From: Antedon mediterranea
Lineage: Eukaryota > Animalia > Echinodermata
Assembly: GCF_964355755.1 (NCBI RefSeq)
Contig: NC_092672.1
Location: forward strand, 13,392,001-13,456,000
Length of the DNA: 64,000 nt
Direction: 5' to 3'
This document shows positions 26,601 to 34,420 of this stretch, piece by piece (within the stretch, counting starts at the first letter, position 1; the number at the start of each line of letters is the position of its first letter). The notes under the pieces are model-generated. The model was not told the DNA's origin. It searched no databases and saw only the letters and a program-made list of their open reading frames with translations. A program made the translations under genes and the position numbers.

Positions 26601-28647
26601 TTGAATATATTCTGTCAAATTTGGCCAGGGAAAATATTTTAAGAGCTGGAATTAGTTTCCAGATCGACGCAACGTGCGCCTTCAGAACAAACTTGCGTGT
26701 CATTACAAGTGGGAACCGAACCGACGACGGAAGCACGGTCCGTAGACGTGTTCAACACTTCTGCTTTACGTTCGTCATAATGATTCTCGATCGTAAGAGG
26801 GGATGCAAAATAGATAGAAGAGTATTTTCTTATGTTGCGCGCGTCAATACGATACAGTACATTGCGGCAGGATGTTTTTGTTTAGTGGTTCGTTGGTTAA
26901 TGAAATATTTATTTTACTTTTTATATTTTTCTTCTTTACATAGTACTGTCGCTTCACCAACCACACTAACCGATACTGATAATATCATTTGTCCATTATG
27001 AATACATTAGAAAAACATTTTTAAACTGGTGAATAATTAAATCAGCAATAGTTTACTGTAGTATAGGCCTACAATGGGGAAAATGTAAAAGTTTAAAATA
27101 CTGTACAGCATGACTAAAGGAAAATAAATATCTTATTGTATTTAATCGTACATTTAGACAACAGGCAAATATTATAGAAAATAAATATATATCAACATCA
27201 ATAAGTTGTACTCACGCGTATAGTACTACTGTATAACAAAGACAAAGAAATCTTGGAGAAGGTGCAGAGAAGAGCTACAAAGATGGTCAAGTCAATAAGT
27301 GATCTACCATATGAAAAAAGGTTAGAATATCTTGATCTTCAACCATTAGAGACAAGAAGACTACGAGGAGATTTGATTGAAGCTTTCAAAATTTTGAAAG
27401 GCTTTGAGGATATTGACCCAAAAGATTTATTTAAATTGTCTCACAACATCAGAACCAGGGGACACAGCTTAAAACTATATCGTCCAAAACTTAGAGGAAA
27501 TCTTATGTGCAGGGTCAACTTTTTTACCATCAGAGTCATACATCACTGGAATTCTCTGCCTGAATATGTAATAAAAGCCTCTTCAGTGAACATCTTTAAG
27601 TCTAGACTTGACAACTATTTTCGGCTAGAAATGGAATCTAATAGGCACTAGCCTAAACTATTTCCATCAAACATTAAGTGTAAGTGTAAGTGTATAACAT
27701 TTTTAAAAACAAGTGTAAAATCTATGATAAGGACACTTTTTATATAGGCTCTAAAATTAGCCTAAATAGGCCTATCGCAATCCTTTACTTCTTACAATTT
27801 ACTTACTGTAGTTTATTTCTATACTTTTCTATACAATTGGCTATGGTTTTAAATTGCAGGCGACGTGTGACATAAAGTTATCGGAACCGTAGTATATTAA
27901 TTAATATTGTGCACATTCAATTCAATGCTACCGTGTGCGTGTCCTTCTTGTGCGTCCGTCGCCTTGCAAATAGCGCGATGTGTTTGTTCGTAAACCATAT
28001 CACATATAAACTCCATTGGCGAAAACGCGTGAGCTTGTTAATAGATAAAGTCATGTTTTTTGATAACATAACGATTAAAATCGAAATCTGTTTTTAGAAT
28101 CTGTAAATTCAAGGTGTTATCACGATTTTGTATGATTTTGTGCATACTACCATTTCGTAGGGTCTTCGCTTTCGAGGTCTTCGGTCTTTGCTTTCGACAC
28201 ACCCATACAGTGTGACAAAATTAATAATATTAATAATAATAGCACATGCGTGAAACCCGATTCGGTAATACATATTTTCATATTTTTCTGACTTTAAATC
28301 GAATAATTATTTTGTTCAATTTTGCGAGAATGTTTTGGGCCCGATCGTCTTATTCATTGGGGCTGATCGTTTGGGCCCGATCGTCTCTGGTCCCAATCGT
28401 CTTTCACCCTTGATGGGCCCGATCGTCTTGAAGTGGGCCCAATCGTCCGTGGTCCCGATCGTCTGATAACCGTTTTAGACTAGCCTAGGCCTAGCTTTAT
28501 TAGACGGCCTCCTAGCATAGGCCTAGGTTGTGTGTGTGTGAGTTACTTACTGATAAAGGCGTGTCTTCCGAATCCTAAAAACCTATTGCATGCCATAAAA
28601 TATGGCGTACATTTCATTGAGCATAATTTTATCAAGAAAAAACACAT
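5496..28647 (-). CDS. POLRMT: Mitochondrial DNA-directed RNA polymerase (T7-like single-subunit RNAP), 29 coding exons, ~1313 aa
   Basis: Manual exon chaining with GT-AG sites and consistent phases (sum 3942 nt). Motifs: DFRGRVYP, motif [17 protein letters not shown], motif [30 protein letters not shown], motif [10 protein letters not shown]-terminal [16 protein letters not shown], plus N-terminal PPR-like repeats. Confidence 0.97.
6195..8577. mobile_element. Non-autonomous TIR DNA transposon, family A copy 1 (POLRMT intron 28)
   Basis: TIRs CTACGCTCGCGCTAA / TTAGCGTGAGCCTAG with subterminal TTGGCGAA repeats; near-identical inverted copy at 19995-21776. Confidence 0.92.
6322..6926. mobile_element. 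piggyBac-type MITE nested in family A copy 1
   Basis: TIR CACGTTCACTGCCA, TTAA target duplication at 6318-6321 and 6927-6930. Copy 2 has the empty TTAA site near 21650. Confidence 0.92.
8910..8995 (-). CDS. POLRMT: POLRMT exon 28
   Basis: [28 protein letters not shown]. Confidence 0.96.
9188..9260 (-). CDS. POLRMT: POLRMT exon 27 (catalytic motif C)
   Basis: [24 protein letters not shown]. Confidence 0.97.
9701..9799 (-). CDS. POLRMT: POLRMT exon 26
   Basis: [32 protein letters not shown]. Confidence 0.97.
10237..10394 (-). CDS. POLRMT: POLRMT exon 25
   Basis: [31 protein letters not shown]...; GTACGT donor chosen to fit phase. Confidence 0.93.
10803..10991 (-). CDS. POLRMT: POLRMT exon 24 (motif B / O helix)
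   Basis: [26 protein letters not shown]...MFTKTRQIQ. Confidence 0.97.
11312..11482. mobile_element. MITE (AGGCCAATTTACACAG TIR), POLRMT intron 23
   Basis: Inverted termini; related copy at 12858-13013. Confidence 0.8.
11654..11731 (-). CDS. POLRMT: POLRMT exon 23
   Basis: [26 protein letters not shown]. Confidence 0.95.
11987..12109 (-). CDS. POLRMT: POLRMT exon 22 (catalytic motif A)
   Basis: [41 protein letters not shown]; AAG acceptor. Confidence 0.97.
12439..12561 (-). CDS. POLRMT: POLRMT exon 21
   Basis: [41 protein letters not shown]. Confidence 0.96.
12654..12732 (-). CDS. POLRMT: POLRMT exon 20
   Basis: [26 protein letters not shown]. Confidence 0.95.
12858..13013. mobile_element. 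MITE (AGGCCAATTTACAC TIR, TTAA-flanked), POLRMT intron 19
   Basis: TIRs and TTAA on both sides; same family as 11312-11482. Confidence 0.8.
13052..13248 (-). CDS. POLRMT: POLRMT exon 19
   Basis: [40 protein letters not shown]...GLDWLKIH. Confidence 0.97.
13299..13471. mobile_element. Tc1/pogo-type MITE
   Basis: TA|CAGAAACTCTCCAATCCCAG ... CTGGTATTGGGAGAGTTGACTG|TA. Confidence 0.7.
13715..13835 (-). CDS. POLRMT: POLRMT exon 18 (thumb)
   Basis: ...[24 protein letters not shown]. Confidence 0.94.
13977..14077 (-). CDS. POLRMT: POLRMT exon 17
   Basis: [22 protein letters not shown]...; AG/GT bounded. Confidence 0.93.
14318..14451 (-). CDS. POLRMT: POLRMT exon 16
   Basis: SLMRTRDD...[17 protein letters not shown]; AAG acceptor, GTAAGT donor. 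Confidence 0.93.
14684..14819 (-). CDS. POLRMT: POLRMT exon 15
   Basis: [10 protein letters not shown]...[22 protein letters not shown]. Confidence 0.95.
15089..15155 (-). CDS. POLRMT: POLRMT exon 14 (intercalating-hairpin region)
   Basis: [22 protein letters not shown] resembles vertebrate LVPVLYHVYSFRNVQQIGILK. Confidence 0.93.
15765..16070. repeat. Intronic segment duplicated at 16704-16960, containing hairpins
   Basis: Long near-identical stretch shared between introns 13 and 11. Confidence 0.88.
16231..16304 (-). CDS. POLRMT: POLRMT exon 13
   Basis: [24 protein letters not shown]; AG/GT bounded. Confidence 0.9.
16605..16646 (-). CDS. POLRMT: POLRMT exon 12 (42-nt micro-exon [14 protein letters not shown])
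   Basis: GCAG acceptor, GTAAGT donor; supplies the Trp expected before the 'IG.LL..M' helix. Confidence 0.82.
16704..16960. repeat. Intronic segment duplicated at 15765-16070
   Basis: Shared ATTAGTTTCCACAAATACATATAATTTTACTGGTACT...GAGCAGAGGCCACCATTAACAAA. Confidence 0.88.
17044..17163 (-). CDS. POLRMT: POLRMT exon 11
   Basis: [13 protein letters not shown]...LREKWLEI...TSL; 120 nt. Confidence 0.9.
17454..17644 (-). CDS. POLRMT: POLRMT exon 10
   Basis: [23 protein letters not shown]...[10 protein letters not shown]...KK. Confidence 0.92.
18434..18533 (-). CDS. POLRMT: POLRMT exon 9
   Basis: [19 protein letters not shown]...; CAG acceptor, GTGAGT donor. Confidence 0.9.
18750..18905 (-). CDS. 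POLRMT: POLRMT exon 8
   Basis: [10 protein letters not shown]...[17 protein letters not shown]...EQK; AG/GT bounded, 156 nt. Confidence 0.88.
19592..19841 (-). CDS. POLRMT: POLRMT exon 7
   Basis: Overlaps ORF 19532-19792; TAG acceptor, GTACAG donor; phase-consistent. Confidence 0.88.
19995..21776. mobile_element. Non-autonomous TIR DNA transposon, family A copy 2 (POLRMT intron 6), inverted relative to copy 1
   Basis: Perfect TIRs CTACGCTCGCGCTAA / TTAGCGCGAGCGTAG, flanked by ACT on both sides; reverse complement of 6195-8577 minus the nested MITE. Confidence 0.93.
22003..22103 (-). CDS. POLRMT: POLRMT exon 6 (PPR-like)
   Basis: [33 protein letters not shown]; AG/GT bounded. Confidence 0.93.
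22206..22346. mobile_element. Degenerate MITE of the GCTTGGTTCCCAC family
   Basis: Resembles 26091-26264 in TIR and internal GCTTGTGATTGGTCAAT. Confidence 0.6.
22576..22671 (-). CDS. POLRMT: POLRMT exon 5 (PPR-like)
   Basis: [32 protein letters not shown]; AG/GT bounded. Confidence 0.92.
22860..23184. mobile_element. Kolobok-type MITE
   Basis: TTAA|AGATGTATTGTCCCCT ... AGGGGACAATACATCT|TTAA. Confidence 0.85.
23992..24093. mobile_element. Short pogo/Tigger-type MITE
   Basis: TA|CTGTAAAAC...AAGAAGCCTA and TAGGCTTCTT...GTTTTTCAG|TA; internal AAGCC/GGCTT repeats. Confidence 0.55.
24106..24304 (-). CDS. POLRMT: POLRMT exon 4
   Basis: CAG acceptor, GTAAGT donor; ends [13 protein letters not shown]. 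Confidence 0.88.
24491..25022 (-). CDS. POLRMT: POLRMT exon 3 (lysine-rich N-terminal extension)
   Basis: Open 532-nt exon within ORF 24475-25056, AG/GT bounded, phase-consistent. Confidence 0.85.
25296..25379 (-). CDS. POLRMT: POLRMT exon 2
   Basis: TAG acceptor, GTCAG donor; [27 protein letters not shown] joins [10 protein letters not shown], which resembles the vertebrate ELLEVLQARVRQLQ segment. Confidence 0.8.
25864..25896 (-). mobile_element. Helitron-like 3' terminus (hairpin + CTAG)
   Basis: Minus strand: hairpin GTACTC-TCG-GAGTAC a few nt before CTAG|T; same layout as 38458-38496. Confidence 0.45.
26008..26087 (+). pseudogene. tRNA-derived (Glu-CTC-like) Pol III unit or SINE head
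   Basis: A box TGGTGTAATGG (26015), loop CTCTCAC, B box GGTTCAAGTCC (26059), T10 run; the acceptor stem does not pair. Confidence 0.6.
26091..26264. mobile_element. MITE (GCTTGGTTCCCACTAG TIR)
   Basis: ~45-bp imperfect TIRs with AACGCAAGGACGTAA / TTACGTCCTTGCGTT. Confidence 0.85.
27239..27690 (+). mobile_element. 5'-truncated CR1-like LINE (ORF2 C-terminus + 3' tail)
   Basis: [12 protein letters not shown]...LPYEKRL...[16 protein letters not shown]...RGHSLKL...[14 protein letters not shown]; (TAAGTG)n tail; TSD TGTATAACA at 27230-27238 and 27691-27699. Confidence 0.92.
28337..28472. repeat. Cluster of GGGCCCGATCGTCT short repeats (probable end of a TIR transposon)
   Basis: About seven degenerate copies ending in GATAACCG. 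Confidence 0.65.
28551..28647 (-). CDS. POLRMT: POLRMT exon 1 ([32 protein letters not shown]), likely mitochondrial presequence
   Basis: First in-frame ATG after an in-frame TAA; GTAAGT donor at 28550; phase matches exon 2; no acidic residues. In-frame ATGs at 28617 and 28596 are alternative starts. Confidence 0.7.
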
Positions 28648-29277
28648 TGTTTACAGGATTTTGTTCTTTTCACGTGTTCATGTTATGTATATTGTGTGTT
28701 AAAGTACGTTCATACGAGAAAAAGAGGGCGGTGTGGTTGTTATGTATTAATTTTTTAAATAATTTACGAAACTTTCGCGGTCCAAGCATATGATAAGCAT
28801 AGATTAACCGTTGGTAGAAATTTAAATTGCAGCATGCAGCTAGCTGTGATATATTCTCTGCTGTGTCTCCGGCCCACATGTCAATGTCATCACATGGTGT
28901 TTGCTGCCAGAAGTGCGCGCCGCCAAGTTTAATTTACTGCATAGATTAGATAGGATAGGTTGGTCCTGCGATATATCTATTTAATTGTTTTACAAATCGG
29001 TAAACATTAGAGTAATTTTGTTGAATGAAGAGCGATATGGACCAATGATGTCTGTCGACGGAGCGGAAAGGTTAAATGAAACGGCCATCTCACCTCACCG
29101 CAGCATGTGCATGAGGTGTGGATCTCCCAACTATTGTGTGTGTCTATCAGCTGTGTGTGTGACACAGTGTCAGTGAAGTTCCCGCCATCATACCAGTCTC
29201 TCAATGAATAGTGCTTAGAGGACAGTGAGTTAACTCCTAAGGGCTGCCTTTTCTCGTAGTCTTAACTTAGTTTATTT

Positions 29278-29690
29278 GGGCGCTAATGCAGTTTCGTACC
29301 CACCCCTTAAAATTACTCAAAAAATCTTCATCCAACCTACTCACGAGTTGTCTACAACATCCTGCAATCATAAAATTGTAAAAAAATTTTTATTTAAAAC
29401 TATTTTTAATCAATTAATACTGAGCACCCTTCGGAAATACATCGCCAGTACTTTTATCGGCAGGCCGAGTAGCGATGATTTTCGCGAAGCTAAGCTGGCG
29501 ATAAATGGATTTCTGAAGGGTGCTCAATTATTAATTGATTAAAAATAGTTATAAATAAGAAATTATCGATATTTTACCATTTTATGCTTGCTGAATGTTG
29601 TAGACAACTCATGAGTAGGTTAAATGAAGTATTGAAACCATTTTGAGTAATTGTATAAGGGGTGGGTACGAAACTGCATTAAGCGCCGTG
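29278..29690. mobile_element. Palindromic MITE
   Basis: GGCGCTAATGCAGTTTCGTACCCACCCCTTA ... TAAGGGGTGGGTACGAAACTGCATTAAGCGCC, with extended internal inverted symmetry. Confidence 0.88.
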
Positions 29691-29978
29691 TATTCGTTTG
29701 TTAATATGTGTCTGTCAAACAAAGATGTTTTTGAATGAATTGTGTTTTAAAACTGATTTGCTAGAAAAGCACACCGTATTTATTCAAATAACACAACATT
29801 ATTGTTGTTGTGGAGGGGACTGAGGGTTTATTGTTCAGGAGGTTTTTATTTAAATAGGGGGAGTTTAATGGAGGGAGCAATTTATTCGGGACCAGGGGAG
29901 GTGTTTATTTTTCTATACTGGCTGCATCTAGTCGTATACAATCTTCTCTCCAGACTATATCTACGCCTATATTTGATA

Positions 29979-30312
29979 CGCCTTTTTCACGAAACGGAAG
30001 ACATCTTCGATTGATGACAAACAATGCTATGCAACGAATGGTAACCAATAGAAATAACAGCGTTTTTAGGGGATTTCAGGACACCATGTTAATATTCGTA
30101 ACTCTGGAACGGAGGATCATATGAGAAAAAAAAATTTTTCTTAAAAACTAAAAGATTGGCCTACATCACTGTGTGATTGAAAAAAATTAGAAACAAGTAA
30201 CTTGTCCTCCGAAAATAGGCTGAAAACGCTATTTTATTTCTGTTGGTTACGCTTTGTTGCACAGCATTGTTTGTCATCGATCAAAGATGTCTTCCGTTTC
30301 GTGAAAAAGGCG
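29979..30312. mobile_element. MITE with ~90-bp TIRs, TA-flanked
   Basis: TA|CGCCTTTTTCACGAAACGGAAGACATC ... GATGTCTTCCGTTTCGTGAAAAAGGCG|TA. Confidence 0.88.
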
Positions 30313-30438
30313 TATAGTGTCCCTATGGATTTTGATGTATTCGAAGTAAATTAAATTAAGTAGAGAGTCACAGAAATTCACAATTCGTGAGTCAGAGAAA
30401 GAAGAACGGAATGTTGTATATTTACTTCTTCTTGACAG

Positions 30439-30701
30439 GATTATGGATGAATTCTAGTGATTACCAGAATGAATTTCAGACATCATAGTAATGTAGACTA
30501 CTGAGGCCAAGTCTGTGGAGTTTTGATTCTGCTGGAAGATCTCCGAAACAAGTTTAGTAGCTCGATTTCTTTACTTTTCTAAAGTATTAAATGTCTATTC
30601 TAAAATGACAAGACCATACAGTACCCGGACAGCTTACTCCATCAGGTGGCTCGAAAGTACAGTAGCGCTCTGTCTGGGAGAAAAGGATGTACACATTTCC
30701 G
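30439..30701 (+). ncRNA. Candidate non-coding spliced exon of a transcript divergent from POLRMT
   Basis: Strong acceptor TTTACTTCTTCTTGACAG (ends 30438) and donor CG|GTAAGC (30702); stop codons in all three frames. No expression data. Confidence 0.35.
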
Positions 30702-31610
30702 GTAAGCTGGACTAGCACATTTATTTTATTTAGTCAATTCATTCCAAATTAAATTAGCCAAATGAATTTTAACCAAAATTAAAAATTGATGAAAATTAAA
30801 TGGTAAAACATTATAGGCAATTTATCTCAATTTATGTCAAAACTCAATTTATTATAGTTATACCTTGTATTAAGGTATTTAGAGAGGGCCTTTTGATCAC
30901 TTAAAATCCATCGAAAAAACACTAACTATATTTAGTTAGACACATGCAATCATTCCTTGAGTGTGCTATATGCGAGGCGTTATTTTGTATTGTAATCTTG
31001 TGACCGTGTGAGCGACAGTGGTGACAGTTGTCCTACTTAACATTTAATGGATAGGGGTGTATTGATACCAAATTGTCTAAAAATGTGATGAGGTCGTAGC
31101 ACATCACATTTGATGATGTTTTGTTGAAAATTAAAAAAAAAATCTATGCCATATTATGTCTTCTTATTTTTAATCTTACAAGGGATAGATTTTAAGATAA
31201 TTATGCTTTCCAATTTTTATGTTTGATTTACCCAATTTCGGTTGAGTGTTCAATGTTTTAACTGAAATGTAGAATCAGCCTACATTGTTTATCCTAAAGA
31301 CGTGTTGTGTAATCGGTAATGTGAAGGAAATTCCCGGACTGACAACCATTTCAATATTATGATAGTGAATTCATTCGAAACATAGTGATACCTACAGTAA
31401 TATTATAGCCAACCATATAAATATGTTTTAGTTTTACATTGATATAACAAATGAATACAGTATAATAATATTTATTAACCATTTGATAGAAAATAACTAA
31501 CTTAATGAAAGCATTCGCAAACTGAGTGAAGTACTTGGCAAAATATTGCCACAGAAGGCGCATGTTGATTTTTAAAATTTCAATAGGCATGTTTTGTAAT
31601 TCCTATGTGG

Positions 31611-33250
31611 CCTCTTGCCACCATGCACTCGTGGCTGAAGTGACTTCTCTTTGGCATATATATCAGTAGCATATTATGGATGACTTCAAGGTTTCCTGTA
31701 TGGCACTTGTGGCTGAAGTGACTTCTCTCTGGCATATATATCAGTAGCATATTATGGAAGACTTCAAGGTCTCCTGTATGGCAAAACTGAACAGCCTGAA
31801 AATTCGTTCAGAATTACATACAGTATTGATTCACTGAGAGAATATTTTTTGTTTACTATTGTACAAAAATTGAATAACATGTTATTGATTATTACACCAA
31901 TTTCATTCTTATGTAATTCTAATTAAGTACTTACATGTTGCATGTCTTAAAGGAAGTTTGGCCTAACTACTACTGCTTGCAAAACTTTGATGTGCTTCGA
32001 CACTTCCTCCTGGCTGGGATTCCCATCTCCCGCGATGATTGTTGTGGCATATCCACTCGTACACAACCATAGTTCCCCTGAAAAATTTAGTTACTTCTAG
32101 AATGCTGCCACAAATGCTGCATGTTTCAAAAAGTTTGTCCAGTGATGACTGGTAGACCAAGAATACAGCATCATTATTATTACTGGATGTATGGTTATCT
32201 TCTTTTGATGAATCTGACTCATCTGAACTACTTGATGGCTCATACTCACTGTCAGCTGTAGGTTTGACAATCTGTAAAAATTGTAAAAACTAATTACTGT
32301 ATTGAAAAAGAAGTATTGTGTAAAAGTTTTCCGATACAAGAAAAAAGAAAATCGTCAATTCCAAGAATTAACGCTTAAAATCAAGACAAAACAAAAGTCC
32401 ATCTATTCCAGCTTGTCTTTACTGTGATCAAGATCAAAGCACAATAACATTACCTGTGTCACTGTCAGAATGGTCTACATCTGAATATTCCAATTCTGGC
32501 TCTTTTTCAACACTAGGTTGTTTCTTTGGTGAACTTGCTGACTTCTTGGTTGGCACTAATTTGCATTTGGAGGTTGTAGTCTTAGATTTTGTGGTGTCCG
32601 TTCTTATTATTTTCGCATATGAATGGTCATGCTGGAGTTTCAGTTGGTCTGCCAGAGTGTCCGTCTACAGTAAAAGAAGGGGTTGGCATAACTAATAGTT
32701 CAACTAGAGTTTCCACAAACTGTTATCACATTAGGCCAATAAAGATATAGAATAAAGATTATTTAATTTAAGTACCACAAACCTGTGTTGATTTGCTGAT
32801 TTTAGTTCTATGTCTACAGTTGCACACCTCAACAGGAATTTCCATCTGCTCATCAAATGCTGTGTCAACTGTAGATCCACTCATTAATTCTGCATTCTCA
32901 CTTTCCACTAAGTTCTCCAAGTTGATGGTCTTAAAAATAAAATAAGTACTATAAATAAACTAAAGATTTATATAACAAATTTAAATTGAGATAAATGTGT
33001 AGGCCTACAGTACACTTTTTTTTTGTTTCGATCAATCACCAATAACTTCCAAAATAATTACAAACACAAATGAAATAGAGAAAGAATCTATACTACTCGA
33101 AAAAATCAATTTAATTAGGATAAACAAATCTTTGTTGTTTTCGATATTACAGCTAAACGCATACGAAACACATGTGCACACAGTGCTACACAATTAAAAA
33201 TACCCGGATGAAGGTACTTACGCCCCTCCAGCTCCTGCGGCTTCTGGGTG
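31611..33250 (-). mobile_element. Internally deleted, intron-containing Kolobok-type transposase remnant
   Basis: LDKLFETCSICG...GTMVVYEWICHNNHRGRWESQP and HTGDLEVFHNMLLIYMPKRSHFSH.CMVAR motifs, plus upstream spliced exons. Confidence 0.78.
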
Positions 33251-34420
33251 GGTATTGCTAAACTGCGCAAACTGCGCAAACACTGCGCAAACAACAAAAA
33301 AAGCTGTGCAAACCTCCTTCAAAACAATTATTATTGATTATAACACAACTAGAACTATATAGGGAGACAATTTATGAGAAAAAAAAATTGAAATTCCTTT
33401 AAGTTTGCCTTTTTTTGGGTGAAAAACTTCAATTTTTGTGAAAATTACTGATTTAACACTAACAGCGCAAAGAACAAAAAAAAGCTGCGCAAACCTCCTT
33501 CAAAACAATTAATATTGATAGAACACAACTACAGTAGAACTATATAGGGAGAAAATTTATGGGAAAAAAAATTTGAAATTCCTTTAAGTTTGCCTTTTTT
33601 TGGGTGAAAAACTTCAATTTTTGGGAAAATTACTGATTTCACAGCGCAAAGAACAAAAAAAGCTGCGCAAACCTCCTTCAAAACAATTAATATTGATAGA
33701 ACACAACTACAGTAGAACTATATAGGGAGACAATTTATGGGAAAAAAAATTTGAAATTCCTTTAAGTTTGCCTTTTTTTGGGTGAAAAACTTCAATTTTT
33801 GGGAAAATTACTGATTTCACAGCGCAAAGAACAAAAAAAGCTGCGCAAACCTTCTTCAAAACAATTAATATTGATAGAACACAACTAGAACTATATAGGG
33901 AGACAATTTATGAGAAAAAAAATTTGAAATTCCTTTAAGTTTGCCTTTTTGTGGGTTAAAAACTTCAATTTTTGGGAAAATTACTGATTTCACAGCGCAA
34001 AGAACAAAAAAAGCTGCGCAAACCTTCTTCAAAACAATTAATATTGATAGAACACAACTAGAACTATATAGGGAGACAATTTATGAGAAAAAAAATTTGA
34101 AATTCCTTTAAGTTTGCCTTTTTGTGGGTTAAAAACTTCAATTTTTGGGAAAATTACTGATTTCACAGCGCAAACAACAAAAAAAGCAGCGCAAACCTCC
34201 TTTAAATCTATTACGGTAATATTGATTAAAACACAACTAGACCTATATAGGGAGACAATTTATGGGGAAAAAATTTGAAATTCCTTTAAGTTTGCCCTTT
34301 TTTGGGTGAAAAACTTCAATTTTTGGGAAAATTACTGATTTCACAGCGCAAACAACAAAAAAAGCAGCACAAACCTCCTTTAAATCTATTAATATTGATT
34401 AAAACACAACTAGACCTATA
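33251..34420. repeat. Tandem array of a 173-180-bp unit (~6.4 copies) preceded by GGGTATTGCTAAACTGCGCAAACTGCGCAA
   Basis: C(A/T)GCGCAAA recurs at 33283, 33463, 33642, 33820, 33993, 34166 and 34344. Confidence 0.96.

Larger units (their letters stand above)
25586..28204. mobile_element. Mutator (MULE)-like non-autonomous element with ~250-bp TIRs in POLRMT intron 1, carrying nested insertions
   Basis: Long inverted termini beginning GGGTGTGTCGAAAGC (25586-25833 vs ~27992-28204); TACAGTGTG on both flanks (9-10-bp TSD). Confidence 0.85.

Noticed and set aside
33251-34420. CRISPR array
   Set aside because: Whole units repeat with no unique spacers, there are no cas genes, and the context is eukaryotic.
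34316-34420. C-terminal tail of the 180-aa ORF as real protein
   Set aside because: It is read-through from the truncated Academ transposase into the tandem repeat.
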